Shown: positions 19,339 to 30,665 of the stretch, piece by piece
Layout of the letters: every line of letters begins with the position of its first letter
Numbering within the stretch: position 1 is the stretch's first letter
The notes under the pieces: model-generated
Seen by the model: only the letters and a program-made list of their open reading frames with translations
Databases searched by the model: none
Told to the model about the DNA's origin: nothing
Translations under genes and position numbers: made by a program
Assembly: GCA_040081755.1 (NCBI GenBank)
Contig: JBEBFW010000001.1
Coordinates: 1 to 57,452 of the forward strand
Length of the DNA stretch: 57,452 nucleotides
Reading direction: 5' to 3'
DNA from: Parvularculaceae bacterium
GTDB lineage: Bacteria > Pseudomonadota > Alphaproteobacteria > Caulobacterales > Parvularculaceae

Positions 19339-20430
19339 ATGGACGGGCAATTCAACAGCGACCTGCTCGCGGACGACGCGGACCTCGAGACCGCGCGCAA
19401 GGCCTTTCCGCGAGTTTATTTCGCCCTGGACAATCCGGCCCTTCGCGAAAAATTCTCAGGGCACGACAGGCGCGCCAACGTTTCCAAAACCCGCAGCAGA
19501 AGCTGGGGGGTGTTCGCTGTCTTCCTGGCGACGCTCGCTCTTTTGCTGGCGCCCAGCTCCGGCCTTTACGCAGATCGCGGCGAAGTCGTCGTGCGGACAA
19601 TCGCCGTTATCGGCGCCTCCGCCGGCATCGGATCGGTCGTGATCGCCGTCATGGGCGTCATGTATCGCAAGCGGAAAATCCGCTGGCTGACCGATCGCCT
19701 GGCGACCGAGCGCCTGCGCCAGTTTCATTTCCAGCAATATGTCGCCCGCGCCGCCGATATCGTGGAAGGCGGGTCCGACGTGACCAAGGCCGCCGAATAT
19801 CTCAAAAAGCGCGACACCGAATTCGAAAAGCTGAAGGCGGACTTCCTCAGTCGCCTCGAGCCTGAGTTTCACGCGCTGATCGAGTCGGACGATTTCGGAG
19901 ACGGCGTCTATTTCCCGGCGAGGCCGAGGGCGCCGTCGGGAGATGCGGGCGTGATCGACGAGTATTTCAGCGCCTATGAGACGCTGCGGTTCCGCCGGCA
20001 GATCGACTACTGCAACCTTCTGCTCAGCGAAAAGCGCAGCATCTTCAAGAACGCTCCGGCGCGCCAGGCAAAATTCTTCGCCACCGTCGCCATGCTGCTG
20101 GTGATGTTCATCCTCCTCCTCGACGCTTTCATCTTTGTCGGCGCGCTGGCGAACATGGCGTGGTTCAAGCAGCCCCTGGTCCAGACGGCCGGCATCTGGG
20201 CCGCCTTTCTGGCGCTATCCGTGCGCACGCTTGAAGAGGGCTTTCAGGTCGAAGGCGAAACCGCCCGCATGCGCCATTACCGGCACGCGATCAGCCGCAT
20301 TTACAATCGTTTCCGGTCCGCCAGCCTGCCGGAAGACAAGATCGACGCCATGCGCGAACTCGAAAAGACCGCCTATGACGAGATGGTGACGTTCCTCAAA
20401 TCGCACAACGAGGCGGAATTCGTCATGTAA
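19339..20430 (+). CDS. Four-TM protein resembling a tandem SLATT (DUF4231-like) effector
   Basis: Two 2-TM hairpins, each followed by an amphipathic helix; WLTDRLATERLR resembles the SLATT W..R..AE.LR pattern; Y..LRF..QIDY linker. Confidence 0.6.
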   Translation: MDGQFNSDLLADDADLETARKAFPRVYFALDNPALREKFSGHDRRANVSKTRSRSWGVFAVFLATLALLLAPSSGLYADRGEVVVRTIAVIGASAGIGSVVIAVMGVMYRKRKIRWLTDRLATERLRQFHFQQYVARAADIVEGGSDVTKAAEYLKKRDTEFEKLKADFLSRLEPEFHALIESDDFGDGVYFPARPRAPSGDAGVIDEYFSAYETLRFRRQIDYCNLLLSEKRSIFKNAPARQAKFFATVAMLLVMFILLLDAFIFVGALANMAWFKQPLVQTAGIWAAFLALSVRTLEEGFQVEGETARMRHYRHAISRIYNRFRSASLPEDKIDAMRELEKTAYDEMVTFLKSHNEAEFVM

Positions 20431-20489
20431 CGCCCGGCTCGCACGAGCGATCAGCCCACAACGACCGATCCGAACGCGGACCGAACGCC

Positions 20490-20657
<168 letters not shown>

Positions 20658-20930
20658 TCATTCCGCGGCGACTGATTTCCTCAATTCGCCCGCCGCATCA
20701 AGCTCGCGACGGACCCACTCGGGCGCCATGTCGTAACCGTTCGGCCAGGTCGGGGCGCCAAATTCGAGGAACACGCGCGCGAAGTAGTGCGGATCGCGCA
20801 GCGGCTCGGACATCAGTCCGCCCTTCGCGATATTCTCTCCGAAATCATGCTCGCCGAGAGAGCCGTCGGAAAAGTAGAATTTCAACCGATGGCCTCCGAG
20901 ACGGTCAATTTTTGTAATCTTAGTCAGCAT
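20658..20930 (-). CDS. DUF2442 protein (putative antitoxin)
   Basis: KITKI..LGGHRLKFYFSDG...EPLRDPHYFARVFLEFGAPTWPNGYDMAPE. Confidence 0.85.
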   Translation of the reverse strand: MLTKITKIDRLGGHRLKFYFSDGSLGEHDFGENIAKGGLMSEPLRDPHYFARVFLEFGAPTWPNGYDMAPEWVRRELDAAGELRKSVAAE

Positions 20931-21186
20931 CCAGTCCGACGATCCGTTCAGGTTGAAGTTCGTTTCGGGCGCGCTCCCAATTGTGCATCAGCGCGGGCCC
21001 ATTCAGCAAGGCCCACTCCTTAACCATCCGGGCCGCTGAGCGCGGCAGTCTGCCTTCGATGACGTCGCCGGTGGCAATGGCGACATTGGCTTCGAATTCA
21101 CCGTAGATCGCATGAAAATGCGGCGGCGGATGATCCTTCACGTACATCCGAATCGCGATGCCGTAGAACCAGGCGATCGTCGGCAC
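20920..21186 (-). CDS. DUF4160 protein (putative toxin)
   Basis: MPTIAWFYGIAIRMY..DHPPPHFHAIYGEFEA...G.LP......VKEW....LMHNW. Confidence 0.88.
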   Translation of the reverse strand: MPTIAWFYGIAIRMYVKDHPPPHFHAIYGEFEANVAIATGDVIEGRLPRSAARMVKEWALLNGPALMHNWERARNELQPERIVGLDAD

Positions 21187-21372
21187 TTATGATGCCTGCC
21201 AGTTTTCCCAGAGCACCCGGATGGTGGAGCTGCCGCGCGCCTTTCGGCCGGAAGGATAGACTAACCGAACACTTCCTTTCGGCAGATCGAATTCTCGCTC
21301 GACATAGCGCACAATCCTGTCGATCTTCTTGTCGTTGCGAACCTGACGGCGCTTTTCCTGCTCGTCTGTCAT
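21187..21372 (-). CDS. Small hypothetical protein (61 aa)
   Basis: GAGGGAG RBS; stop abuts the DUF4160 GTG; FDLPKGSVRLVYPSGRK. Confidence 0.7.
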   Translation of the reverse strand: MTDEQEKRRQVRNDKKIDRIVRYVEREFDLPKGSVRLVYPSGRKARGSSTIRVLWENWQAS

Positions 21373-21397
21373 GTTCGTTCTCCCTCTCGAGATTCCG

Positions 21398-23473
<2,076 letters not shown>

Positions 23474-23527
23474 TCTCTTCAAGCTTTCAAATCGCGCCGC
23501 CGCCGCGGCGCTTCCAATCTTGTTCGC

Positions 23528-25471
23528 TCATCGCGACCTGCGCTTGGCCCCGACGCTTGTTCTCATTCTCTCGAGGCGGTCCTCAAACTCGCGCGAGGTG
23601 ACATCGGCGTCAGCAGGCTTTTCCTCACCCGCATTCGCGTTGATCAATTCCTCGCGGTGGATGACCGCCGCCTTCCAGACCTCTTCGCCTGACGTGAAAC
23701 TCTGAGCAGCCGATTCCGACATCGCCCGCCGCGCTTGCGTGGCGATCAGGTGATGCCTCAGGGCGTCGCTCCAGCCCTTCTCAACCTCGTCCAACTCAGC
23801 TTCCGGCCGCAAAAATGACTGTCTATTGAGCGTTTCGTCGCCAAGGACGCGCTCCAGGGGCTTTGCGGCGCCGGAAGATTGGAGATGACCTTTGAGCCCC
23901 TCCCTGTCAAGGGCGGGGCCGGCGAGGATGGCGGAGAGGATGGCCTTGAGCAGGCCGTCGAGGTCGTCGTTCTCAAGGGAAAGGTCCAAAAACGCCTGTT
24001 CCTGGCGCTCGATCAGGGCCGGGTGGTTGAGCGCGGCCAGAACAAGGGTCGCCTCCCGGCCCCAGGATGACGGTCCGCCCCGCTGCCTAAGGAGAGCGCT
24101 CAGCCGGGCCGGCGGCTCCTGCCAGGCCCCTTTCTTGCCGGCGGGCCGGCGCCCGTCCGCTCGAGGCCGCCGCTGCGCTCCCTCGTCGCGCCTTGGCGGG
24201 GCGAAGGCCTCGTCGAGGCGGCGGGCGACATCCTCGCCGTAGGCCCGGCGCACATCCTTGTCGGCGATCGACTGGACGAGATCGCGCAGGCCCGACTTCA
24301 GCGCCGCGCGGCGCTCGGGCGTGTCGAGAGGGCGCGTCTCGATCTCGCGCCGCCACAGCACCTCGGCGAACGGCAGGGCGGCGTCGAGCGCCTTCTGGAA
24401 TGCAGCGGCGCCGCCGCGCCGGACGACATCGTCCGGGTCCAGACCATCCGGCAGAAATACATAGGACAGCGACTTGCCGGGCTTCAGCATGGGAAGCGCG
24501 CGCTCGAGCGAGCGATGCGCCGCGCCGATCCCCGCCTTGTCCCCGTCAAAACACAGGAGCGGCTCATCGCTCTGGCGCCACAGAAGCGCGAGCTGATGTT
24601 CGGTGAGCGCGGTGCCAAGCGGCGCGACGGCGTTTTCAAATCCCGCGCCGCACAAGGCGATCACGTCCATGTACCCTTCACAAACAATCAGCGGCTTTTT
24701 CAGCGCCGCCGCCGCGCCGCGCGCCGTGCCGTAATTGTAGAGCACGTCGCTCTTGTGAAAGAGCGCTGTCTCCGGCGAGTTCAGATATTTGGCCCGCGCC
24801 TCCGGATCGAGCGCTCGCCCGCCGAAGGCGATGACCTCATCCCTGCCGCCGAGAATCGGGAACATCACGCGATGGCGGAAGCGATCATAGGCTCCCCCGC
24901 CCTCCTCGGGTCTGGCGATCAGCCCCGCGTCGAGGAGGACATCCTCCGTGAACCCCTTATTGATGAGATGATCCTTCAGCGCGCGTCCGGCGTCCGGCGC
25001 GTAACCGAGACGAAACGCCTTGATCTGCTCCTCAGTGACGCCGCGGGTCTTCAGATACTCCGCGCCCGCCCGCCCCGGCGCGCGGCGCAGCATGTCCTCG
25101 TAGAATTTCGCCGCCGCCTCGCAGGCCTCGACCAGGCCGCTCTTTCTCGCCTGACGCTCCCTCTCGCCGGGATCGTTCTGCGGAAGCTCGACACCCGCCT
25201 CCTTCGCGAGGCGCTCTACGGCCTCGGGGAAGGTCAAGCGCTCGACCTCCATCAGGAAGTCGAAGATGTTGCCGTGCTTTTGCGTGGCGAAGCAGTGATA
25301 GGTCCCGCGCCGGTCCGAGACGGAGAAGGACGGCGTCTTTTCCTCCTTGAACGGAGAAAGTCCCCACCAGGCGTCGCCGCGCTTCTTGAGCTTGACCTTG
25401 CGCCCGATCACGTCCGAGGGGCGCAACCGGGTCCTGATTTCGTCAAGAAATTCGGGGCTGAATCGGGACAT
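23528..25471 (-). CDS. dnaG: DNA primase
   Basis: GLSPFKEEKTPSF, DRFRHRVMFPI, FGGR, KYLNSPET, EGYMDV, FDGD, DPDD; upstream of rpoD. Confidence 0.98.
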   Translation of the reverse strand: MSRFSPEFLDEIRTRLRPSDVIGRKVKLKKRGDAWWGLSPFKEEKTPSFSVSDRRGTYHCFATQKHGNIFDFLMEVERLTFPEAVERLAKEAGVELPQNDPGERERQARKSGLVEACEAAAKFYEDMLRRAPGRAGAEYLKTRGVTEEQIKAFRLGYAPDAGRALKDHLINKGFTEDVLLDAGLIARPEEGGGAYDRFRHRVMFPILGGRDEVIAFGGRALDPEARAKYLNSPETALFHKSDVLYNYGTARGAAAALKKPLIVCEGYMDVIALCGAGFENAVAPLGTALTEHQLALLWRQSDEPLLCFDGDKAGIGAAHRSLERALPMLKPGKSLSYVFLPDGLDPDDVVRRGGAAAFQKALDAALPFAEVLWRREIETRPLDTPERRAALKSGLRDLVQSIADKDVRRAYGEDVARRLDEAFAPPRRDEGAQRRPRADGRRPAGKKGAWQEPPARLSALLRQRGGPSSWGREATLVLAALNHPALIERQEQAFLDLSLENDDLDGLLKAILSAILAGPALDREGLKGHLQSSGAAKPLERVLGDETLNRQSFLRPEAELDEVEKGWSDALRHHLIATQARRAMSESAAQSFTSGEEVWKAAVIHREELINANAGEEKPADADVTSREFEDRLERMRTSVGAKRRSR

Positions 25472-25552
25472 GCCTCATGGGGTATCGATTCGGCCCCTGA
25501 GTCGCAAAAGCGCGTTTTCCCGAGTCCTCGAGCAATCCGGCGCGGCGAGGGC

Positions 25553-25954
25553 TTATTCTCCGCCCGGCTGCTTGCCCAATCCGCGGCCCGCTTCCAATAA
25601 CGGCATCCCGGCCTCGGTTGGGATGTAGATCACGTCCTGGCCGTTTTCGCCGAGCTTGTTGATCCAGAGGTAGCGCAAATAGCCCTCCGGACCGCCGAGC
25701 CCCGCCGAAACGATTTCATTCGCCTTGGCGACGCCCTTGGCCCGCTCGACCTCGGCCTCGGCGTAATATCTCGACGACTCGAGGCGCGCCTTGGCCTCCT
25801 CGATCTGAACCTTTCGCGCGTTTTCGGCTTCGGCGAGCGCCGCGCGTCCGGCCAGTTCGGCGCGCCAGACGTTCCATTGCGGCAGCACATACATGCCGAC
25901 GGCGCCGACGACGATCAAAAGCAGCAATGAGAAAAAACTACTGACTGCGCGCAT
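25553..25954 (-). CDS. Single-TM SPFH/prohibitin-tail-like 'membrane protease subunit' protein
   Basis: TM helix followed by coiled coil AEAEVERAKGVAKANEI..YLRYLWI..VIYIPTEAGMPLLEAGR; GAGGAG RBS. Confidence 0.7.
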   Translation of the reverse strand: MRAVSSFFSLLLLIVVGAVGMYVLPQWNVWRAELAGRAALAEAENARKVQIEEAKARLESSRYYAEAEVERAKGVAKANEIVSAGLGGPEGYLRYLWINKLGENGQDVIYIPTEAGMPLLEAGRGLGKQPGGE

Positions 25955-26011
25955 GGCGCCATCTCCTCTGGTTCCTCGCGAAGAAATGCCGGCCTTAACC
26001 AACCCTGTCGA

Positions 26012-26452
26012 TTATCGCCGGCGCAAGCGCCCGCGCAGCAAGGCCGAAGGTTCGATCGCCGCCTTCTTCGCAGCCTCGAGGTCTGCCGCCGCGTATTCTG
26101 CGCGATCGTCTTCGGTCAGGTCGATCGAGCGACGGTCATGATTCTCCGCTGCATAATCGTGCGCGCTATCATCGCCATGCTCCGGCGCGGTCGAAGGACG
26201 ACGCGCCGATGACTCTACTTGCGCAGTCAGATGCCGCATTTCAGCGGTGAGATCTTGCGCCGCTCGCAGCGCCTTGTGCGAGGACGCGGCCGAGCGGAAC
26301 GACATCACCGACAGAACAAGAGAACTCAGGAATAGAAAGGCGGTCGCCGTCAAAACGCCGACCTGCGTCAAAAACAAATCGCCCGTCAGCAACTCACCGA
26401 GCCCCAAAGATGAAACCAACCCCTCAAGCGGCATCTTGTTATAACCCCTCAC
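26012..26452 (-). CDS. Hypothetical membrane protein (start uncertain)
   Basis: ORF fills the gap; one TM helix followed by coiled coil. Confidence 0.5.
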   Translation of the reverse strand: MRGYNKMPLEGLVSSLGLGELLTGDLFLTQVGVLTATAFLFLSSLVLSVMSFRSAASSHKALRAAQDLTAEMRHLTAQVESSARRPSTAPEHGDDSAHDYAAENHDRRSIDLTEDDRAEYAAADLEAAKKAAIEPSALLRGRLRRR

Positions 26453-26481
26453 CTACCGGAGCAAAAAATAACGTCATCGGG

Positions 26482-26510
26482 CGATCCGGTCCATGCCCTT
26501 TGAACGTAAC
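26482..26510 (+). promoter_or_regulatory. RpoE (sigmaE/ChrR-type) promoter candidate for phr-cfa
   Basis: CGATCC-N17-CGTAAC, versus TGATCC-N16-CGTA of Rhodobacter-type sigmaE promoters. Confidence 0.55.
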
Positions 26511-26516
26511 CCGCCC

Positions 26517-27983
26517 ATGACCGCTGCCCCCGTCATCGTGCTCTTCCGCCGGGACCTGCGCCTTGCGGACAACCCCTCCCTCGCGGCCGCGGCAGCCTCC
26601 GGACGGCCTGTAATCGCGGTTTATGTCCTCGATGACACCGAGCCCCACCCCATTCGGGGAGCGCAAAAGTGGTGGCTGCATCGCTCGCTCCTCAAGCTTC
26701 AGGCGGCGCTCGTCGAACGAGGCTCTTTTTTGGTGTTGCGCCGCAACAACACAAGCGCCGCGCTCGCTGACCTCGCGCGCGAGACGGGCGCCGACCTCGT
26801 CCATTGGGCGCGCCGATACACAAGAGCCGAGATCGAGACCGACCAGCTCATGACGCAAGATCTCGCGGCGGCCGGCGTCACGACAAAATCGTTTATGGGC
26901 GGACTGCTCCGTGAACCGCAGGATATGGCGTCGCCGTCTGCGGGCGGACCCTATCGCGTCTTCACGCCGTTCTTCCGGCGGCTGTCGGAGATCGGGCCAG
27001 CGGCATGCAGCGCGCCGGCATTCGAACGCCTGATGACGCCAAGCGCGCGGCCATCGAGCGAAAGCCTCGACGACTGGCGACTTCTTCCGAAAAACCCGGA
27101 TTGGGCGGCGGAGTTCAGCGAGCACTGGCGCCCGGGCGAGGCAGGCGCATGGGCGGCTGCCGACGCCTTCGTCGAGGGGCCGATCGCATCCTATGCCGAG
27201 CAGCGGGACATCCCTGCGATCGCCGGCACGACGCGCCTCTCCCCGCACCTCGCATTCGGCGAGGCGTCGCCGACGGCGCTCTGGAATTTCATCTCGGCGG
27301 CCGGCGCCGCGAGACGCCTCAATATCGAGAAGGTCCTGTCGGAGATCGCCTGGCGCGAGTTCTCCCACCATTTGCTGCACGCTTTTCCGCAAATGGCGAC
27401 GACCCCGCTCCAGCCGAAATTCGAGGGCTTTGCGTACCGCGATGACGCGGAAGGCTTTCGCCATTGGACCAGGGGGCTCACCGGCTATCCCGTTGTCGAC
27501 GCCGGCATGCGTCAGCTCTGGCGGACCGGCTGGATGCACAACCGTGTGCGGATGATCGTCGCGAGTTTCCTGACCAAGGATCTGCTCATCGACTGGCGGC
27601 GGGGCGCGGAATGGTTCGCGCAGACGCTGGTCGATTTCGATCCGGCGAGCAACGCGGCGAACTGGCAATGGGTGGCGGGCTGCGGCGCGGACGCGGCGCC
27701 GTTTTTTCGCATCTTCAACCCGACGACGCAGGGCGAGAAATTCGATCCCCAAGGCGACTATGTCCGCCGCTTCGTCCCTGAGCTGGCCGATCTGCCTGCG
27801 GAGCATATCCATCGCCCCGACGCCGCGCCGGCCGGCGCACTCGCTGCGGCGAAGGTGCGCATCGGCGTCGATTATCCAGCGCCCGTCGTCGATCACGCGG
27901 AAGCGCGGCGACGCGCCCTTGCGGCTTTTGAGAGCATAGGCCCCCCGGTTGCGTCGAGAGGAACTCGTCCCCATGTGCAGTGA
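26517..27983 (+). CDS. phrB: Deoxyribodipyrimidine photolyase
   Basis: FRRDLRLADNP, TTRLSPHLAFGE, EIAWREF, GLTGYPVVDAGMRQLWRTGWMHNRVRM, WQWVAG, FRIFNP. Confidence 0.96.
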   Translation: MTAAPVIVLFRRDLRLADNPSLAAAAASGRPVIAVYVLDDTEPHPIRGAQKWWLHRSLLKLQAALVERGSFLVLRRNNTSAALADLARETGADLVHWARRYTRAEIETDQLMTQDLAAAGVTTKSFMGGLLREPQDMASPSAGGPYRVFTPFFRRLSEIGPAACSAPAFERLMTPSARPSSESLDDWRLLPKNPDWAAEFSEHWRPGEAGAWAAADAFVEGPIASYAEQRDIPAIAGTTRLSPHLAFGEASPTALWNFISAAGAARRLNIEKVLSEIAWREFSHHLLHAFPQMATTPLQPKFEGFAYRDDAEGFRHWTRGLTGYPVVDAGMRQLWRTGWMHNRVRMIVASFLTKDLLIDWRRGAEWFAQTLVDFDPASNAANWQWVAGCGADAAPFFRIFNPTTQGEKFDPQGDYVRRFVPELADLPAEHIHRPDAAPAGALAAAKVRIGVDYPAPVVDHAEARRRALAAFESIGPPVASRGTRPHVQ

Positions 27984-27984
27984 C

Positions 27985-29232
27985 ATGACTGCCGCCAGGC
28001 CATTCGGGATGGACGCGGCGAGACCCGCGCCGCCGGGGCCTGCAAGGCTCGATGGGACTCCCCTGTTCTTTCGCCTCGCCTGCGGGATCGCCTCCAGGAT
28101 TCACTACGGTTCGCTCTCCTTCGACCTGCCGGACGGGCGCAGACTGACGTTCGAGGGCAAGCAGGAGACGCAAGCGCACGGCCTCATCGAGGTCCGCGAT
28201 TTCCGCTTCGCCAGACGATCGGTCCTCGGCGGCGACATCGGCTTCTTTGAAAGCTACGCAGACGGACAATGGGATTCGCCCGACATTACCGACGTGCTTT
28301 ATGTCTTCGCCCGCAACGCCGACCATGTCGAGGAAGCGTTCGCGAAGTCGCCGATCGTTCGCTGGACCAACAACCTGCATCATGCGCTGAACCGGAACAC
28401 GAGGGCCGGCGCGCGCCGGAACATCATGGCGCACTACGATCTCGGCAACCGGTTCTACGAGCAGTGGCTCGATCCGACCATGACCTATTCATCCGCCGTC
28501 TATCCCGAGGACAGCGCCGAGCTTTCGGCAGGGCAGATCAACAAGTACCGGCGGCTCGCGGAGGCGGCGCAGCTGAAACCCGAGGATCAGGTGCTGGAGA
28601 TCGGCGCCGGCTGGGGCGGCTTCGCTGAAATAGCCGCCCGGGAGTATGGCGCGAAGGTCACCGGCCTCACCATCTCGCCGGCGCAGCTCGATTATGCAAG
28701 AAAGCGCATCTTCGAGCAGGGTCTCGCCGACCGCGTGGACTTCCGCCTTCAGGACTATCGTGACGTGCACGGATCATTTGACAAGGTCGTCTCGATCGAG
28801 ATGTTCGAGGCCGTCGGCAAGAAGTACTGGCCGGCCTATTTCACCAAGGTGCGCGATGTCCTTCGGCCGGGCGGGGTCGCCGCCCTGCAGATCATCACCA
28901 TCGCCGATCGCTTTTTCGGGCCCTATAGCCGTTCAACGGACTTCATTCAGCGTTACGTCTTTCCCGGCGGCATGCTGCCGAGCCTCGACGCGCTCAAGGG
29001 AGAAGTGGCGCGCGCGGGGCTGGTCTGGCGCGACGCGAGAAGCTATGGGCGCCATTACGCGGCGACGCTGAACGAGTGGCATCGGCGTTTTCTCTCCGCC
29101 TGGGACCGCATCGAGCCGATGGGGTTCGATCAGGAATTCAAGAAGCTCTGGCGTTTCTACCTCGCCTATTGCGAGGCCGGCTTTCGCGCGGGCACGACCG
29201 ACGTCTATCAGATCGCAGCGCACCGGGACTGA
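27985..29232 (+). CDS. cfa: Cyclopropane-fatty-acyl-phospholipid synthase family methyltransferase (start uncertain)
   Basis: NIMAHYDLGNRFY, MTYSSA, VLEIGAGWGG, SIEMFEAVG, FIQRYVFPGG, WRFYLAYCEAGF. Confidence 0.93.
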   Translation: MTAARPFGMDAARPAPPGPARLDGTPLFFRLACGIASRIHYGSLSFDLPDGRRLTFEGKQETQAHGLIEVRDFRFARRSVLGGDIGFFESYADGQWDSPDITDVLYVFARNADHVEEAFAKSPIVRWTNNLHHALNRNTRAGARRNIMAHYDLGNRFYEQWLDPTMTYSSAVYPEDSAELSAGQINKYRRLAEAAQLKPEDQVLEIGAGWGGFAEIAAREYGAKVTGLTISPAQLDYARKRIFEQGLADRVDFRLQDYRDVHGSFDKVVSIEMFEAVGKKYWPAYFTKVRDVLRPGGVAALQIITIADRFFGPYSRSTDFIQRYVFPGGMLPSLDALKGEVARAGLVWRDARSYGRHYAATLNEWHRRFLSAWDRIEPMGFDQEFKKLWRFYLAYCEAGFRAGTTDVYQIAAHRD

Positions 29233-29321
29233 TCGTTAACGCGCCGGGTTTTGCTAAGGCCGATTGAACGCAGTGCATTCCGCCGTTAGGGTGCGACCCG
29301 CGTTTCAAGTCGGTATGTTCC

Positions 29322-29897
29322 GTGGCGTTTGACCGTCGTGCGTTCCTGATTTCGGGGCTGGCCGCCGTCGCGCCGAAGCCTCTGCTGGCGGCCAACGCCT
29401 CGATGGTCGAAACGGCGCGCCGTCTCCTCGAGCAGAATGCGGCGCGAATTGAGCAGCGGGATGTGGCGGCGATCGCAGACTATGGCGCGCCCTCCTGGCG
29501 GCCGCGGTTTCACCTCGTCGATGTCTCAAAGTCGAGCGTCGTTTCTTTGTTGGTGGCGCATGGGCGCGGCTCTGACCCGCGCCACACCGGGTGGCTGCAG
29601 GCGTTCTCCAACGAGGTGGGCTCGAATGCGTCGTCCGCCGGGGCCTATCTGACTGGCGATATCTATTACGGGAAATACGGCCGCTCGATGCGGCTTGTGG
29701 GGCTCGACAAGGAGAACGCCAACGCGAAGCCGCGGGCGATCGTCATTCATTCGGCCTGGTACGTCGGCGAGGACATGCTCGCAAAACACGGGAAGCTCGG
29801 CCGAAGCGAAGGCTGCTTTACGCTCTCTCAGGCCGGCCTCGCCAAGGCGCTCGATCTCATCGGGCCCGGACGGCTGCTGTTCGCCGGTAAATTCTAG
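29322..29897 (+). CDS. Murein L,D-transpeptidase catalytic domain protein (YkuD_2-like), Tat-like leader
   Basis: FDRRAFL leader; VAHGRGSD, FSNEVGSNASSAG, RAIVIHSAWYV, LGRSEGCF. Confidence 0.85.
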   Translation: MAFDRRAFLISGLAAVAPKPLLAANASMVETARRLLEQNAARIEQRDVAAIADYGAPSWRPRFHLVDVSKSSVVSLLVAHGRGSDPRHTGWLQAFSNEVGSNASSAGAYLTGDIYYGKYGRSMRLVGLDKENANAKPRAIVIHSAWYVGEDMLAKHGKLGRSEGCFTLSQAGLAKALDLIGPGRLLFAGKF

Positions 29898-29898
29898 C

Positions 29899-30564
29899 TC
29901 AATCGTCGAGACTCGCCTCGACATATCCGCCGGGCGTCGCAGGTCTATAAGTCAGCTCCTCGCCGTCGATGGTGAAGGTCGATGCGACCCAGAGTGGGCC
30001 GTCGTACCAGAGGTCGAGAGCGAGCGTGCCGACGATGCGGAATTGCTCGGCGGCGGCACCGTCCGGCGTTCTGGTGACGCCAAGCGACATGGTCTCGACG
30101 TCGATCAGTTCGCCGTTTTGCGTGTTGAGAAGAACCGGCGCCCCGAGGAGCTCCCGGTTCCAGTAGCTCGACGGGACGACAGTCAGGGGCGCAGCGCCCC
30201 TGAACGCCGTTCCATCGATCTCGATCAGATCGCCGTCGCGGCGCGCAGCGAGCGAGGATTTCCGGCCATTGTCGTTCGTGCGGCTGTCGATGCTCTCGAG
30301 CACGCCGCCGAACCAGACCTCGCGGGCCCGGTGATTGTAGCGGTAGAGGGGCAGCGGCCCGAACTTCACCCGCATCTCGATCCGGGTGTCGACGACAGTC
30401 CGCTCGCCGGCGTCCTCAACAGTCACAACATGGCTGCCGATGGGTTCTCCCTTGCGCAAGATATCGAAAGCCGCATTGCGCGGCTCGCCGACAGCCGGTC
30501 CGGCCGTCGCCGCAGCAGCGGCGACCATCGCCAGAGTCAAATGTCGAAGTCTGATGCGCACCAT
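29899..30564 (-). CDS. DUF6134-like secreted protein
   Basis: Signal peptide; FDILRKGEPIGSH..VKFG..LYRYNHRAREVW..TNDNG..PSSYWN..LNTQNG. Confidence 0.75.
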   Translation of the reverse strand: MVRIRLRHLTLAMVAAAAATAGPAVGEPRNAAFDILRKGEPIGSHVVTVEDAGERTVVDTRIEMRVKFGPLPLYRYNHRAREVWFGGVLESIDSRTNDNGRKSSLAARRDGDLIEIDGTAFRGAAPLTVVPSSYWNRELLGAPVLLNTQNGELIDVETMSLGVTRTPDGAAAEQFRIVGTLALDLWYDGPLWVASTFTIDGEELTYRPATPGGYVEASLDD

Positions 30565-30574
30565 ATGCAAGGCC

Positions 30575-30600
30575 TACGCTCAGGGCCGCGTTTTGGATTA
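30575..30600 (-). promoter_or_regulatory. RpoE-type promoter candidate for the DUF6134-like gene
   Basis: Minus strand TAATCC-N16-CGTA, ending 10 nt before the ATG. Confidence 0.55.
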
Positions 30601-30665
30601 GCGGAGCCGCTCGCGTTTGGTTACTTTCCGCGCGGCCAAGTCCTCGCGCCCATCCGGAGATTTTC

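Noticed and set aside
29235-29241. Isolated GTTAAC/TTAAC half-sites (also near 5094, 25995, 35005)
   Set aside because: No second half-site at N7 spacing; too weak to call CtrA boxes
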